A stretch of 64,000 bases of DNA from Botryllus schlosseri (taxonomy: Eukaryota): NCBI GenBank assembly GCA_051294905.1, contig CM119371.1:15130001-15194000 (forward strand). The letters are read 5' to 3'. How positions within the stretch are numbered: the first letter of the stretch is position 1; each line of letters begins with the position of its first letter. The notes under the pieces are model-generated. The model was not told the DNA's origin, made no database searches, and saw only the letters and a program-made list of their open reading frames with translations. Position numbers and translations under genes: made by a program. Positions 39,143 through 51,647 of the stretch are shown piece by piece.

Positions 39143-40079
39143 GGTTGCCAGTAAACTCGCCCCAAAGTAAATTCGGCCCATCGAATTCGGCCCTCGGTCA
39201 CTTCGGCCCTCGGTAAATTCGGCCCTCGGTAAATTCGGCCAGGGCCAGAGTAACAACAACAGTTACAATACCATTATCTAACCTGAACCCTAACCCTAAT
39301 CCTAACCCTAATCCTAACCTAACCTAACCCTAACCTAACCCTAATCCTAACCGTAATCCTAACCTAACCCTAATCCTAACCCTAACCTTAATCCTAACCC
39401 TAACGCTAATCCTAACCCTAAACCTAACCCCTAACCTCCAAATCACTTGATAATATTATAATTATGTAATATACTCCACATTATTAGTTAGGTTAGGATT
39501 AGGGTTAGGTTAGGTTTAGGATTAAGCTAGAATTAGGGTTAGGATTAATGTTAGGGTTCAGTTCAGGTTAGATAATATTATAATTATGTATTATAATACA
39601 CGTTATTAGTTCGTAATAAAATTTCACACAATGTTCTCCGAGGGCCGAATATACCGATTGAATTCGGCCCCGTAAACATCGGCATATATATATACATATA
39701 TATATTTATACGCATACCCTGTTCTCCAAATCACTTGATAATAATATAATTATGAAATTAATTCACATTAATAGTTGGTAATACATTTTTATAAAAAATT
39801 CTCCGAGGGCAGAATTGACCGAGTAACCAGTGAATTGACCGGTGAATTCGGCCGTCGGTAAATTCGGTCCCCGTGAATATCCGCGCTATCTCCCGTGATT
39901 ACGCGATCGACGCATACCCTGACATCAAAATCACTTAATAATAGTATAATTATGTAATTAATTCATGTTAACGGTTGGTAATACGTTTTAATACAATATT
40001 CTCGGTGGGCCGAATTTACTGAGGTAATGGCCGAATTTGCCTGGGCCGAATTTACTTTGGGGCGAGTTTACTGGCAACC
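39143..40079. mobile_element. MITE (Merlin/MULE-like) containing telomere-like repeats
   Basis: About 38-bp near-perfect TIR starting ggttgccagtaaactcgccc, perfect 8-bp TSD gttctcct. Confidence 0.85.
39278..39571. repeat. Degenerate (CCCTAA/CCTAA)n tract followed by inverted (TTAGGG/TTAGG)n tract
   Basis: Direct reading: C-rich 39278-39437, G-rich about 39488-39571. Confidence 0.85.
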
Positions 40080-40481
40080 GTTCTCCTACTCAATGTTATT
40101 GTTTATTGTCGAGCGAGTGAGAGAGGGAGATAGAGATAAAGAGAGAATTCATTAGTTAATCAACCAGCGAGTAAATCAATGATTGCGGCATGGCTATGAT
40201 TACATCAACACAGTGAAAGCAAATATGATACCAAATATAGTATAGACGCTTAACTGATAAAACAGTTAATAACGGTTGAGGCACCGGAGAGCAGAGATGG
40301 TCTCATTTGCAAATTTCCGAATCCAACCGGCTCCGGCTTGCTATTTGAAATTCAGTGTCCGAAAAAGGCAAGAAAGACAGAAGAAGAAACGGGACAAAGC
40401 GACACACCACCACCTCCAGTAGCGATGAAAATAACGTCGATCAACGTTAACGGCTTGCACAAAGCACTGAACCCATTAGGA

Positions 40482-41983
40482 CAGTGGTTCCCAACCGGGG
40501 AGGAATTCCCCCCTTAGGGGGAATTTGGCAATTTTTAGGGAGGAATTCTACTTTAGAATTGTAACGGATTTCCCAAATTGTTCATGTCCGAACTGTCATG
40601 TAGTCAACCTGTTATATCCAAAAGTATGCTCCTTATGGCTGTTTTTTATTTGCTGAAAGTATGTTCAAATGCTATTTGAAATCTCTTTTTCACATACAAA
40701 TCCCCCCCCCTTTTTAAAAAAAAAATAGGTCAGATGTGCTGCAATTCGCAAGACAATTTTGTAGGCCAACGACGGCCTCTAAATCAAATATGTCCTAAGC
40801 GAGAAAATGTGCTGAATCTATCGCAGCAAGGCCTCTGGTGGAGGTAGCCTATTTATCTTACATTTTCAAGTCAACATTTTCAGACAATGACAAAATATTC
40901 CAACGTCATCGATTCAAGTCAAAGAGATCGCTAGCCTTGCTTTATTTTTAGTGAACAACTTCCCGATCGAAAAAAGACATGTTAAACTTGGTGCAGTGTT
41001 GCCGAAGCGTAACGGGTGTCCTGAATTTCAATGGAATCCAGTAGGAAATCTAATCACGTGTATGTTATACATCAGGGCTGTAACCAAGTTACGAGGCTCC
41101 GAGTCACAAGTCAATCTCACTTTCATAGTTTTGACTCGAGTCAAGTCGAGTCATATTCAATTCACCATTGAGTCAAGCCCTAGTCCAGGTCACCGAGCAG
41201 AGGGTCGAGTCCGAGTCATGGTATTATGACTCGAGTCCGAGTCCAAGTCACACTCATGTCAACACTGGTTGGTGATATTGAATGATTTGGAATTGTGATA
41301 TACTAATTTTCCTCACTTTGAGCTGTTTGTTGTCGCATTGTCAAGTACCAGGATCAATAGACGAAATTCCAACAGGGTGGTCACTTTACTGTTCTTCGAA
41401 ATTACAATGAAATGTCGGTCTTGGCCATTTTATAGTCTCGAGTCATATGGCTTGGTCCGAGTCATGTAGAATGACTCGAGTCCAAGTCGAGTTAATACCC
41501 AGATTGTCTTGAATCGAGTCGTTTCCGTATATCAGAAAATGGTGACTCGAGTCACACTCGAGTCTGGTCAACCCTGTTATGCATGGAAGTACAAATATTA
41601 TTGGCCAAATGCATACGCAAACTTGAGAAAAAAATCGCGAGACCAGTAAATTTATAGATACTGATTTTTCACAGCAGTTATATTAGCGATTGGTACACGG
41701 TAAGCCGGAAACACAAATGAAAGTGTGGGGGTCTGTTGAGTCAAGCCTTCCAGAATTTGTTTGATTGGGACCAAGACCATTGTTTTTGGAGGTTTACAAA
41801 GTGTTATTACAGCACTGCTAGAAGCAAACACTTGGTACCGCCCGTCTTATTCTCTCAGTCAACAGTTGTTTGCGCGGTAAAAATGATCTTTTTTAATCAT
41901 CGGGCAGATTTATCCTAAGGGGGGAATTTTGGCTTAAATTTCGGCCAAGGGAGGCACGAGATGAAAAAGGTTGGGAACCACTG
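40482..41983. mobile_element. hAT (Charlie-like) MITE inside LINE ORF2
   Basis: TIR cagtggttcccaacc / ggttgggaaccactg; perfect 8-bp TSD cattagga. Confidence 0.9.
41073..41576. mobile_element. Nested gactcgagtc-rich hAT-type MITE
   Basis: Ends cagggctg / caaccctg; TSD ttatacat / ttatgcat. Confidence 0.8.
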
Positions 41984-44900
41984 CATTAGGAGATTATATA
42001 GAAGCGACAGATCCCGATATGCTCTTAATTCAAGAAACTCATAGAATTAGAGAAACAGAGATTCAAGAATGGGCGCAAAGAATTGGTTACAAAATCTACA
42101 CTAACGCAAAAGGAGGATATTCAATCAGATGGAAGGGGACAGCCATCATGATAAAGAAGCACCTTCAAGGTAAAATTTACGACCATCAGATTTTAATCGA
42201 AAATCGGGCCCAATCAATCCTGATACGTCTGGACAGCTCCCCTACAGATATGATCAATATAATAAATGTGTATGCGCCTGCTGGAAACGGCGGCCCGGCA
42301 AAAATTGATAAAGTTAACTTTTTCGCCCAAATGGAACTCGAATTGGAAAGGATGGACTTTTCTATAATAATGGGAGGGGATTTTAACGTAATTCTGAACA
42401 AAAAAGATGTCAAACGAAAGGACACATATGAAATGGGTCCAGATGCTAAGCAACTAGAAAAGATAATATGCGAAAACGGAATGATTGACTGCTTCAGAAA
42501 TAAACACTCGAGCTCCGAATACTATACGTATTCCCGAGTAGATAATGTGTAACGGATCGGTGTAATGATCTATGTAACGGAAGAATTGAGTGAATTCATT
42601 AAAAGCGCAGGACACGATCAAAACAATGTCGCAGACCATCATAGTCCGCACATTAAATTAGACTTTAGCGACAAGACTAAGCGCCAGCCGCAGAACTGGA
42701 AATGCAACAACGAACTATTGCTCGACAATGTCTATGTTGATATAATTAACAACTTGATTGCCACACGCGAGGCAAGCCTCGATGGAGCGCAAAGTCTACA
42801 ACATTGGTGGGACAATTTGAAAATAGACATAGCAAACACGAGCAAAAGGTACCAACTCGATAAGCGAAAACAAGACGCTAATAAGACAGATATAAGATCG
42901 AGCCAAGAGAAACTCAGAATAATAACAAAAACCGATACCTCCGAAGAAGGAAGGGGGAACTTTAGAACTTTCTGGTCTAAGATCAAAGCGAGAAAGAAAA
43001 AGGCAGAGCTCAAATACATCGAGCTCGACAACGGTACGATAACAGAAGACCCCAACAAATTATGTGATGCAGTAACCAGTTTTTACAGAGCACTATGGCA
43101 AAAAAGGCATGAAGCAACAAAAGCGATGAGAACTGAATACCTGAGCGACTATCATGCTACACCCAAAAAACAGACGCCGGATGAAATCGACACGGTAACG
43201 AGAATCGAACTATGGTACACGCTCAAGCAGACGAACAAAGAACGGTCACCGGGACCAGACGGTTTGACGTTTGAATTTTATATTAAGTTTTGGAATGCAA
43301 TAAGTACGAAACTATGCCAAATAGTGAACAATGGAATCTTTTTTGCAAATCAACCTGAAAGCTGGGATCACGCAAAAGTAATACTTATACACAAAGGAAA
43401 ATAAAAAACAAAATTAGAAAACTGGAGACCCATATCACTACTTAATACTGATTACAAGCTTTTTGCCAAGGTACTCAATAAAAGACTGCTGCAGGAAGTG
43501 GACGGAAAAATCCAAACCACTCAAAAAGCCGCAATCCCGGGACGGAACATCGATACCATTCATAATAACGTGAGTGCTATAACAAGATACCATATTGAAA
43601 AGAATATCCAAGGCTATATACTTACCATAGACTACAAAAAAGCCTTTGACAAAATTGACCATGCAATGATGTTTGATATCCTGGCCAAACTTGATATATC
43701 CCCCAAAATAAGAAAAGCAATTGAGAGGATATACAGCCATCCATACGTACAGATCGAATCGACTGGAATTACGACACCTCATATTCAAATCCAACGAGGT
43801 ATTCGCCAGGGCTGTCCCCTAAGCATGACACTGTACGCTGTCTGCGCGGACCCACTTGCAAAGAAAATTAGGGCAAACAAAGAAATAAAAGGCATCAATA
43901 TTGCCGGATTCGAACAAAAACTGGACCAATTTGCCGACGACACTACCTATTATATAAGTAACATCGAGTCGATAACGCGAATACTTTCTGAGCATCACAG
44001 GGTTCGGGAAGCAACGGGGCAGGAACTGAACATTCCAAAGACGGCGATTCTACCTCTAAATCCAAGATCAAGGGTTATACTCCAGAATTCCAGCCACAAC
44101 AACAAAGCCAGGGACAATATCAATATACTAGGGATAACGCATGGTAAGAACGCGGCAAATATTAACTACGAAGATCTCCTTAACAGAATCCAACGTGACT
44201 GCCACATTATAAAAGGACAACGCCTGACCTGGATGGGAAAAATTACAGCAATGAAGGCTAAGATTGTCCCAAAAGCAACGTATACCCTGCAGACGGCTAC
44301 GGTGACGTCCCACCAGCTCAAAACACTCGACAGGATGCTATTCCAACTGCTATGGTGCCCGGAAAAACTGGAAGCGAAGAGCCGGAACACCCTCATAAAG
44401 AAAAAAATGTATGGAGGTATTGACATGATAGATATAGATTCGCATATAAAAGCAAAGAAATTCAAACGAATGAAAATTTTGAGTGAACTCGATAAACCCA
44501 AAGAAATATGGCACCAAGAAGCCTTGTACAACCTTGGTAGCAAAGTAATTAATGTGAACCACCATGCATACAATAACAGTATGCCTCACAGACCAACGCC
44601 GAGTACGACATATCGCGAGGAACTCGAAACGTACTACAAAATACGCAACGGAAATGACGACGACATGGTTTGCTCACAAAGAGAAGTATATAGTAAATTG
44701 GTAGACCTAAAGACGGAACCAAACTATGAAAACAAAAACTGGGAGAAAATCTGGCTAATTACACGCGATACAGGAAACATATTTACAAATATGGAAAAAA
44801 TTATATCGTATCGAATACTAAACGAAGCATATTTCACAGGAAATAAAAAGGAAAAAGCAAACTGGATCAAGTCCGGACAAAAAATGCTGAAGACAAAATG

Positions 44901-47034
44901 CAAACTGTGCGGCACCGAAAAAGACACCCTATATCATATGTACGTCGAATGCAATATGTACAAAACTATATTTTTTGTCATCAGGGAAATCATCGAAAAC
45001 ACCGTTCGAAGCGACATAGACGCCACGGAGAAAGAAATCTACGACAACAGTTACGACGGACCAAACAAGATTGTGGTACTGAAGGCCTACACCATCGCCA
45101 AACTCGAGATATGGAAATCAAAACGTCAACTTGATATTGCGAATGAATATGCCACGAAAGACCGAATACGGGCCATAACCAACAGCATATCGAAGAAATT
45201 GGGCGAGGAATTACGCAAACTATTGAACAACACGCGATAAGCCTGAAGGCGACGCAAATAACCGCTTTACACGCGATCGCAAAATCTAGTTAATATCCTG
45301 AAATATGACTATGCATATCTCCAATTTCCCGCGTATATATGAAATGCATATTGTATAGTCATTCCATATACATGTACCAATATGAATATTTATTTTTACG
45401 CCTTTTTTTTTCCTTTTCCATATGTAAATAAAACTGCCATTTCGTGTGTTTTACTACCCCCCCCCCATACCCCTCCCCGGAAATATCATATCCCATATAC
45501 CCCAACAGCGGCTCCACCAACACCACACCCTACCAAAACCACCCAATAGGAGATATCGTCATCCTAGAAATGAGAAAATTACCAGGGTCACCATAAACTA
45601 AAATGTACGGTAGGTAATTGGGAACATAAATATTGAAAATATCATAATTACGATGATTGGTAAATTTCTAAAAATGGACAAACCCAGAACATGGAAAATT
45701 ATTGAGAAATAAATATGACTGAAAATATGAGTTCAATTTCGTCACGCTCCAATAACACCCTAAAGACTATAAACCCAAAGACCATTTAAATATAAAAAGA
45801 ATGGTGCAGGCGTATAAGACTTGAGATCTTAAGTTCAGCCATCCAGGATTCAAATAGGCACGCACTATATTTCTTCTTTATTTACTTTTGGTTATTATGC
45901 TTTATCATGCACTTTGAAATAAAATCACTAAAGAGAAAAATTTTGGATGAAGGGTTTTTAGAGTCCAAAAAAGGCCGTCTGACATCATACTAATTTCTCA
46001 TACTTCAGTGGAAAATCCTGCTAATCTTCTACTTTCAATGCGAAATCACAATCCGGATCTACACTCCTGCGTACAGACTTATGGACAACTAGAAAATTTT
46101 CAGCTTTTCCAAATTGGATCAGAATTAGATTACTGGCACTTCGCTCTAATTTAGTGCAATTAGACTACAATTATCCAGTTACCCAAGTCTGCCTGCGTGC
46201 TTTTGTCTTTCTGATTCGATTTTGATTGTTTGAAGTTCTTTTGTAATTTTACCATTCCACAAGCTAAAATGTTGAGCACCACTATCATCACCAAGGCAAA
46301 CTCTTCAGTCAGCTTTAAGCCTTGCCAACTCTAACCTGGCATGTGTACATGTATATGTAAATATTTCATTGTGAAAGCCCTGTTCACGGACACATCGACA
46401 GGAGTTCAACAGAAACCGTGATCGCAGAGTTGCAATTTATTATGAAACATTGAAATTGCTTGGAAGACTGGTGTTAGGAAAAGATTAGGCAAAGAAACGT
46501 TATATACAAATCTTTCAAACACTCTGAAAGTGATTTCTATATCATTAATAACAATCTACTACGGCCCATACAAAGTGATATATGATATAAGTCGGAAGTC
46601 ATCAAAACGAAGTACTTAATATTTTTGAAGAACTCATGTAGGTTCTCTCAATGTGCACTACTCATCCAAACGGTGATGTTTTCAAGACCAATCTTACTTT
46701 ACAAGTATTGGGGTAAAACTATACTTCGCTGGTACGTTATGAAATATTTCAGCTAGTTTTGTGATGAGTTTGCAAAGCTTCTGTGGGTGTGATTATCTTA
46801 GGCCTAGAAGTAGCCCGTGTAATCGTAGGTAAATCTTCATCAATTTCAAGTGTCATCAGTCATTTTAAGCATTCGAAGATACATTTAAAAATTACAACCC
46901 ATCTCGACTTAATGAACCTTTTCAAGTTAATTTGAATAATCGTAGTGCTGATATGTCGAAAATGGGCAGAGTGTAAATTTGTGGTGTGATCTCTGATGGA
47001 CCAGTAACGCGGACAACTTTTACCAGCTCGATGA

Positions 47035-48681
47035 CTATACCTTAACCATTACAGTTCCGCATACACAAAATGACGGACCTGCATTCAAACGAATGTCATA
47101 ACATTCCTTCTTCGATAAATCGTACTTCTCAATATTATCTGAAAGGCCACACTCATCTACTGCATAAATCCAGTTGCCAATTAGATATGTAGTAGTCCAA
47201 CCACGACAACGAATCATTGGTGGCAACGAAGTCCACTGTGCTGAAAGAACATCATAACATTCAACAGTATTAATAGCGTCTCCTTCACTCCAACCACCGC
47301 TCACAAATATTCTTTGATCAACTGCAACAACACCACAGTCATCAAGCGGATATCTCATTGGCTCGAGGTCAACCCACACTGATGACGATGGACTGAATCT
47401 GCAGAATGAAGTAACAAAATTGCCATCCTCCCCTTTACCTCCGATACAGTAGATGTAATCGTTCAATGATACGAGACCTGCATCAGAAATCACTGTAGGT
47501 TTGTTCTCCAGTTGGAACCATTGATTTACAGATGCGTCGAATCTTTCCACGTCCCTGGTTGTTGTAAGATAACTGCCACCGATAACGAATATGCATCCGG
47601 ATGAACAAACAGAGTGAGGAAAGACACCATGGTCACAAATCATACTGTCTGTGTTTTCCCATTTTGAATTTTTGCAATGAAAGTGGAGTCGAAAAACAGA
47701 TTTAGTCTCGCATAGAACGTAAATATACGAGTCGCATGAAATTGCAGTGAAATTCAACGAGGACTGAAACTTCGCTTCGTGGAACATTTCTATTTGCTCG
47801 GTTACTGGATTGAAGGATCGGAGGCATTCTCCTTCCCGATCAAAAAGAATAATCAATTCAGAAGCAGCATTTTCTTCTTGTGCCTTGTTAGAAGCATTCA
47901 AAATATATCCAGCAATTATCTTGTACAATTCATAATCTTTGCTTATAAGGGGTTGAGTTTGTAAAACATGTTGCAAATACGCTGGAGATATTTTATCAAA
48001 GTGGATCACTTTGAGACCTTCGTGCAAATATTCCCCTTTACTGTGGCATTTGTCGATCCACTTGAGTAATAACATAAGTTTTTCTTCTTCCCATAATTTG
48101 GATTTTCCCGACTTCAAAAGACCGAGAAGTTCATCTTTTTCCACGCTCCCGAATCCAGCTCGGTTTGCGATTTCCATGATATTTTCTTGTAGAAATTCTC
48201 TGCAATCTGAAGACACACCTACCAGTCCATAAATATCACCAACATTTCTTGTAGAGAAGTAATTTTCAGTGGTAATTGATTCAATCAAAATATCGGATAT
48301 CGCATCCTTTACATCTTCTAACTGCATCATGATTGCGACGTGAAGAAGTTCGAGCATTTTGCCATCAGGAATCTCAAATTTGCTTGAATATATGAAATTG
48401 ATGCAACTTTTCACACACTCGGAATCTACATCTTCTAATACAGTTCTTCCTTTGCGACTCTCTTTTGTATCATGCTTCAGCATAGCTTTGAAATAATCCG
48501 AACCTGCTGACAATATATTTCTGTGGGTGTGATAGACATCATTCCCGACTTGAACTATGAAATCACAATGATCTTGATCTTGCTTCATTCGATATAATTC
48601 CTCCATCATCTTCACTGCACGTTTCTCTACACGTTTAATAGCAACCTGCACCATGATCATCACCAACCAGTCTTCAAGCAT
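47035..48681 (-). CDS. BTB-BACK-Kelch protein, paralogue B' (recent duplicate of B)
   Basis: Uninterrupted ORF, highly similar to 16692-18317. Homologous ATGs at 48660 and 48654, plus an extra in-frame ATG at 48681. Confidence 0.93.
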   Translation of the reverse strand: MLEDWLVMIMVQVAIKRVEKRAVKMMEELYRMKQDQDHCDFIVQVGNDVYHTHRNILSAGSDYFKAMLKHDTKESRKGRTVLEDVDSECVKSCINFIYSSKFEIPDGKMLELLHVAIMMQLEDVKDAISDILIESITTENYFSTRNVGDIYGLVGVSSDCREFLQENIMEIANRAGFGSVEKDELLGLLKSGKSKLWEEEKLMLLLKWIDKCHSKGEYLHEGLKVIHFDKISPAYLQHVLQTQPLISKDYELYKIIAGYILNASNKAQEENAASELIILFDREGECLRSFNPVTEQIEMFHEAKFQSSLNFTAISCDSYIYVLCETKSVFRLHFHCKNSKWENTDSMICDHGVFPHSVCSSGCIFVIGGSYLTTTRDVERFDASVNQWFQLENKPTVISDAGLVSLNDYIYCIGGKGEDGNFVTSFCRFSPSSSVWVDLEPMRYPLDDCGVVAVDQRIFVSGGWSEGDAINTVECYDVLSAQWTSLPPMIRCRGWTTTYLIGNWIYAVDECGLSDNIEKYDLSKKECYDIRLNAGPSFCVCGTVMVKV

Positions 48682-50015
48682 AAATAATAGCACTATCTAG
48701 GCTACATTAGATGTACCATACTGCAAAAGTAGAGATAGCCGATATTGAATCACTAGGAGTCAAAATACAGACATAATTGTTATCACACAAATACCAGCAT
48801 TGACAAAATGCAGATAACCAATTGCATTAACATTGATTGATAATGTCACGAACAGGGCAGGTTGGTTAGAACTGCTACACATCTTACCCCAGTGTACCGA
48901 CAATGTGTCTAAACTTCAAATAAGACCTGTTAGTGATAAATTATCAGGGCAAAAAAAATTATCAACTTACATGAATTCAACACAATTTATTATCAACAAT
49001 CTCAACATGTCAATACACCAGAAGACTGCGATACAAGTAGATAGTAAGGTGTCGAAACGACATTGAGAATTCTTTGAAATCAGACACCCACCAATCCTAG
49101 GCGATGCAAAATACTAAATGGTTGACGTGCTAATAAAAGCAAAATGCATGTGTTAGGAAGTGGTAAGTAAAATCAATGATGAAAGAAAAGACTGGCTAGG
49201 CAGGTTAGCATATCAAATCACAAAATTCATATCCAACTTGCCTTTTATTTGTCAATTTCTTACTTACAAAAATATCAGCTAGTAGTTTGAATGAAACCGA
49301 ATGTGTGTTGAATGACAATAATATTCCAATTCAATTTATTAAAAACAATTTCATCATTTAATACACCACGATACTGCGATACAATGCAAAAATAGGATTT
49401 TGTCGAAACGACTTGGAGTAATCTTTCAGACACTAACCTGTACTAGGCGATGTGTAGGAGGTGTGTATACTGAATAAAAAGTAGATGCAGGTAATAAAAA
49501 AGGAAAGGTAATGACAATCACAATGTATAACTCAAAACAAGTTTACTTCAGACCCACACGCGATTGAAACATTTTTTTCAAATTTGCCATTACAAATTCA
49601 TAATTTTATCACTCAACTGAGCCCCGGCACACAGTCATCTGTCTTTTACTCGCTACCAATGTTCCCTCGAAGCTGCGCATTGCGCAGTGCTTTCACGGTC
49701 TTGGCGCACAGGAAATCCAAGTTGCGCACAAAAAATCCAAAGTGATGAACTTTTTTGTCGTTACGCACTGTTTTCCAAGAGTCTGCGCAGTGAGTTGGTG
49801 AGTGTGCGCAGACTCGTCAAAAATTAGATGGAACATTGCTTGCTACCCAACCATTATTTAACAACAAATATATATGTAAGATCACTTTGATGTCGCAGCA
49901 CAGCAGAAACTTACTCGAATCTCGAGAATGCATGCTTAAACATTATTCAAAGAGGTTTTCAGTCAACGCTAGAATATCACATATTCTCAAGAGCCCTCAG
50001 TTAAGTACCACTGAT

Positions 50016-51647
50016 CTATACTCTCACCATTGCAGATCCTCGGAGTACGAAAGTCAAAGTCCCATAACCATAATCATTTTCTTCTTTTTTCAAGCTATAC
50101 CATTTCTTGTTCAATATATCGTACTTCTCAATGTCATCAGAATCGTGATACCAATTCACCGCATAAATCCAATTGCTGATGTGATAAACAGCATGGCCCT
50201 CATCACAAACATTCATAGATGGTAATGAAGACCACTGAGCTGATGTGACATCGTAACATTCTACATTGTTGATGAGCTCCTTTCCACTCAAACCGCCGGT
50301 CACAAAAATCTTTCGATCAACTGCAACGACACCACTATCACACACAGGATATCTCATCGGTTCAAGGTCAACCCACTCTGATGAGGATGGAGTGAATCTG
50401 CAGAATGCGGAAACCTGGAAATTCTCATCACCACCTCCAATACAATACACGGAATCGTCCAATGACACGTGACTTGCACCATAATCTGCTGCATGGTTGT
50501 TTTCCATTAGAAACCATCGATTTAAAGAAGGATCAAACCGTTCCACAAAATTTAGTTCAGGGTCGTAACTTCCTCCGAGGACAAATATTGATCCACACAA
50601 CGACACCGAGGAAGGATATGTACCATGGCGACATAACATATCTTCCATCCTTTGCCATTTTGAATTTTTTCTTCGAAAATTGAGTCGATGAACGGATCTA
50701 TTCTCGCATAAAATGTAAACATATGACTCGAGAACGATGGTTGTAAAAGATTTAAAATGCGCAAACTTCGCATCGTGGAACCTCGCTATTTTCTCGGAAA
50801 CCGGATTAAAAGATCGCATACAATCTGCGTGCAAATCAAAAAGAATTATCATTTCTTTTTTGTTGACCGGTTCAACTGATACGTCCAGGTAATGTCTGTG
50901 GATCAACTCAAGTGACTTGGCATCATTCCTGATAATGGGATGAGTTTCTAGAAGATGCTGCAAAAATGTTGGTGAGATTCCGTCAAACTCTATCAATTCG
51001 AGACACTCATGCAAATATTCCTTCTTTTTTTGACATGTCTCAATCCACTTGAGCAATACCTTCAGTTTTTCTTCCTCCCACAAAATCGATTTCTCCGATT
51101 CCAAAACACTGATAATATCATTTTTGTCAACGCTACCGAATCCAGCTTGGTTTTCGATCTCTCTGATATTTTCTTGTAGAAATTCTCTACACACTGAAGA
51201 AATGTCATCGATTCCATAAACATCAGCAACGTTTCTTGTAGAGAAATAATTCTCAACAGATATTGAATCTACCAAGATTTCACATATTGCATGCGTCAGA
51301 TCTTCTAACTGCATAATGATTGCAACGTGAAGAAGTTCAATGATTTTTTCATCAGGAATCTCAAATTTACTGAAATATATAAAATCGATGCAGTTTTTGA
51401 CACATTCGGAGTCTACATCTTGAAGTACAACTCTATTTTCTTGACTTTCTTTCGTATCATGTTTTAACATGGCTTCGAAATAATCTGAACCAGCCGATAT
51501 TATATTTTTGTGGGTGTGATAGACATCATTTCCGACTTGAACTATGAAATCACAATGATCTTGATCTTGCTTCATTCGATATAATTCCTCCATCATCTTC
51601 ACTGCACGCTTCTCTGTATCTTTAATAGCAACCGGCACCATCATCAT
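50016..51647 (-). CDS. BTB-BACK-Kelch protein, paralogue C' (recent duplicate of C)
   Basis: Uninterrupted ORF, highly similar to 19657-21276; first ATG at 51647. Confidence 0.93.
   Translation of the reverse strand: MMMVPVAIKDTEKRAVKMMEELYRMKQDQDHCDFIVQVGNDVYHTHKNIISAGSDYFEAMLKHDTKESQENRVVLQDVDSECVKNCIDFIYFSKFEIPDEKIIELLHVAIIMQLEDLTHAICEILVDSISVENYFSTRNVADVYGIDDISSVCREFLQENIREIENQAGFGSVDKNDIISVLESEKSILWEEEKLKVLLKWIETCQKKKEYLHECLELIEFDGISPTFLQHLLETHPIIRNDAKSLELIHRHYLDVSVEPVNKKEMIILFDLHADCMRSFNPVSEKIARFHDAKFAHFKSFTTIVLESYVYILCENRSVHRLNFRRKNSKWQRMEDMLCRHGTYPSSVSLCGSIFVLGGSYDPELNFVERFDPSLNRWFLMENNHAADYGASHVSLDDSVYCIGGGDENFQVSAFCRFTPSSSEWVDLEPMRYPVCDSGVVAVDRKIFVTGGLSGKELINNVECYDVTSAQWSSLPSMNVCDEGHAVYHISNWIYAVNWYHDSDDIEKYDILNKKWYSLKKEENDYGYGTLTFVLRGSAMVRV

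Larger units (their letters stand above)
40425..45240 (+). pseudogene. LINE ORF2 (EN-RT-CCHC) disrupted by a MITE and two in-frame stops
   Basis: MKITSINVNGL..LG|DYIE..LIQETH, NVYAP, GGDFN, SPGPDG, NWRPISLLNTDYK, RQGCPLS, QFADD, CKLC..HMYVEC. TAA at 42550 and 43402. Confidence 0.88.
40367..45934 (+). mobile_element. 5'-truncated L1/Tx1-clade LINE
   Basis: APE endonuclease, RT and C-terminal CCHC finger; aataaa near 3' end; TSD gaaaaa (40361-40366 / 45935-45940); empty site at about 3666. Confidence 0.9.

Noticed and set aside
39278..39571. Telomere or chromosome-fusion scar
   Set aside because: Degenerate, enclosed by TIRs and a TSD, and oriented CCCTAA then TTAGGG, opposite to a fusion signature.
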